Below, in pieces: positions 61,642-64,000 of a DNA stretch of 64,000 nucleotides. The position numbers were made by a program, and so were the translations under genes. The stretch comes from Mobula hypostoma (taxonomy: Eukaryota). The first letter of the stretch is position 1. The number at the start of each line of letters is the position of its first letter. The notes below the pieces were generated by a model. It did no database searches, had not been told where the DNA came from, and was given only the letters and a program-made list of their open reading frames with translations. The DNA lies in the NCBI RefSeq assembly GCF_963921235.1, contig NC_086108.1, positions 10,540,001 through 10,604,000 of the forward strand, written 5' to 3'.

Positions 61642-63137
61642 CACTGATATGTCACACATCTACATCACTGATCTGATACACATCTACATCACTGATCTGA
61701 TCACATCTACATCACTGATCTGACACACATCTACATCACTGATCTGATCCATATCTACATCACTGATCTGATCCACAGTCTACATCACTGATCTGATCCG
61801 CATCTACATCACTGATCTGATCCACATCCACATCACTGATCTGATCCACATCTACATCACTGATCTGATCCACATCCATATCACTGATCTGACACACATC
61901 TACATCACTGATCTGATCCACATCCACATCACTGATCTGATCCACATCCACATCACTGATCAGATCCACATCTACATCACTGATCTGATCCGCATCTACA
62001 TCACTGATCTGATCACATCTACATCACTGATCTGATCCATATCTACATCACTGATCTGACACACATCTACATCACTGATCTGATCCACATCTACATCACT
62101 GATCTGACCCACATCTACATCACTGATCTGATCCACATCTACATCACTGATCTGATCCACATCTACATCACTGATCTGACACACATCTACATCACTGATC
62201 TGATCCACGTCTACATCACTGATCTGACCCACATCTACATCACTGATCTGACACACATCTACATCACTGATCTGATCCACGTCTACATCACTGATCTGAC
62301 CCACGTCTACATCACTGATCTGACCCACGTCTACATCACTGATCTGATCCACGTCTACATCACTTATCTGATCCACATCTACATCACTGATCTTATCCAC
62401 GTCTATATCACTGATCTGATCCACAGTCTACATCACTGATCTGATCCACATCTACATCCCTGATCTGACCCACATCTACATCACTGATCTGATCCACGTC
62501 TACATCACTGATCTGATCCACAGTCTACATCACTGATCTGATCCACATCTACATCCCTGATCTGACACACATCTACATCACTGATCTGACACACATCTAC
62601 ATCACTGATCTGATCCACATCTACATCACTGATCTGATCCACATTACATCACTGATCTGACCCACGTCTACATCACTGATCTTATCCACGTCTATATCAC
62701 TGATCTGATCCACAGTCTACATCACTGATCTGACACACATCTACATCACTGATCTGACCCACATCTACATCACTGATCTGATCCACATCTACATCACTGA
62801 TCTGATCCACAGTCTACATCACTGATCTGATCCACATCTACATCCCTGATCTGACACACATCTACATCACTGATCTGACACACATCTACATCACTGATCT
62901 GATCCACATCTACATCACTGATCTGATCCACATTACATCACTGATCTGACCCACGTCTACATCACTGATCTTATCCACGTCTATATCACTGATCTGACAC
63001 ACATCTACATCACTGATCTGACACACATCTACATCACTGATCTGACCCACGTCTACATCACTGATCTGATCCATATCTATATCACTGATCTGATCCACAG
63101 TCTCGGTCACTGATCTGACCCACAGCCTACATCACTG
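61642..63137. repeat. 24-bp minisatellite, ~1.5 kb (about 60 units)
   Basis: Unit CACATCTACATCACTGATCTGATC with variants; accounts for the DQISDVDV ORFs. Confidence 0.97.
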
Positions 63138-63624
63138 CACTGGTCAACAGTCAGTGCTCCCGGGTAGTAGAGCAGACCAAATCCTCCAGACCTTAGCACA
63201 AGTCTATCGATCTCTCATTGCCTTGAACATCACACCTCCCTCTTCCCCTAGTTTAGTGGCATCTGTCTATCCCGATGCACTTTGTAGATCCACCCTCTCT
63301 GTGTCCTGCAGAGGTGTGAGGTTAAAATACCCCAAGCCAATTGCAGAAACATTGGCAACAGAATTAACAAGTAATTGGAGTAATTTTAAAACAGACCTAC
63401 TATCCTCTGCCAAGGATTTCATTGTGGCTCTGCTCTCTAAATTGGTTGTGCCAGGTTATTGCCAGATAATGTCAAGCACTCTGACAAATTCAGGGAAGAA
63501 GTTTGGAAATCTGACCATTTAAGGTGGGAACATGCAGTCTACATCAGGACGTGAGAAAAAGAAGCCAAACAGGTTCTCTGAAGAGATTGCAAAACCTTGA
63601 GTCTAAACTCTCTTTATCCTGCCC

Positions 63625-63895
63625 TGGCTCTGTAAACCCCTCTTTCCTCTCCACCCCTCCCTGCATCTGTAACTCCCTCCCTCCCCAATACCCTCATCTC
63701 TGTAACCTCCTTTCTCCCTTACACCCCACCCTATCTCTGTAATATCCTCCCTCCCCTATACCCCTCCCTGTCTCTGTAACCCCCTCCCTCCCTTACCACC
63801 CTCCTGGTCTCTGTAATCTCTTCCAGCCCATGCACCACTCCTTATCTCTGTAATCCAACCCCTCCCTTACACTCATCTCCTTCTCTGTAACTTCT
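63625..63895. repeat. Degenerate pyrimidine-rich tandem repeat (~37-39 bp, core TCTCTGTAA)
   Basis: TCTGTAA recurs about 8 times with C-rich spacers. Confidence 0.75.
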
Positions 63896-63924
63896 TCTGA
63901 AAATTTCAACCCCCAACTTTATAA

Positions 63925-64000
63925 AAACATAGAAACATAGAAAATAGGTGCAGGAGTAGGCCATTCGGCCCTTCGAGCCTGCACCGCCATTTATTATGAT
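63925..64000 (-). mobile_element. 3' end of another young CR1 copy, running off the window
   Basis: Matches 46067-46142 (CATAGAAACATAGAAAATAGGTGCAGGAGTAGGCC...). Confidence 0.92.

Noticed and set aside
61760..63110. DQISDVDV repeat proteins
   Set aside because: Translation of the 24-bp minisatellite; frame repeatedly broken

Overview
This is a repeat-dense (mostly transposon-derived) vertebrate intronic or intergenic window. I could not support any host protein-coding exon. The repeat mix (CR1 LINEs with (TTTCTATG)n tails, Rex1/Babar-like and Penelope-like fragments, tRNA-derived SINEs, a 52-bp minisatellite) suggests a cartilaginous fish, probably a ray; this is an inference. The main structure is a three-layer nest. 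A young CR1 with an uninterrupted ~1010-codon endonuclease+RT ORF2 (46063-49994, -) sits inside a decayed full-length CR1 (45256-53477, +), which itself splits a Rex-like fragment. A second decayed CR1 (14170-17975, -) is split by an RTE-clade LINE and lies in one copy of a local duplication. Also present: Chapaev3-like, Tc1 and hAT DNA-transposon relics, several solo LTRs, a 24-bp tandem array, and short non-repetitive islands with MEF2/RFX/homeobox-like motifs. The top observation is that all three CR1 ORF1/ORF2 junctions carry the heptamer T_TTA_AAC in phase at the end of ORF1. In the two readable copies it is followed directly by the stop codon and the -1 frame runs into ORF2, and the intact copy has no in-frame AUG before the endonuclease domain. 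This points to a -1 programmed ribosomal frameshift producing an ORF1-ORF2 fusion.
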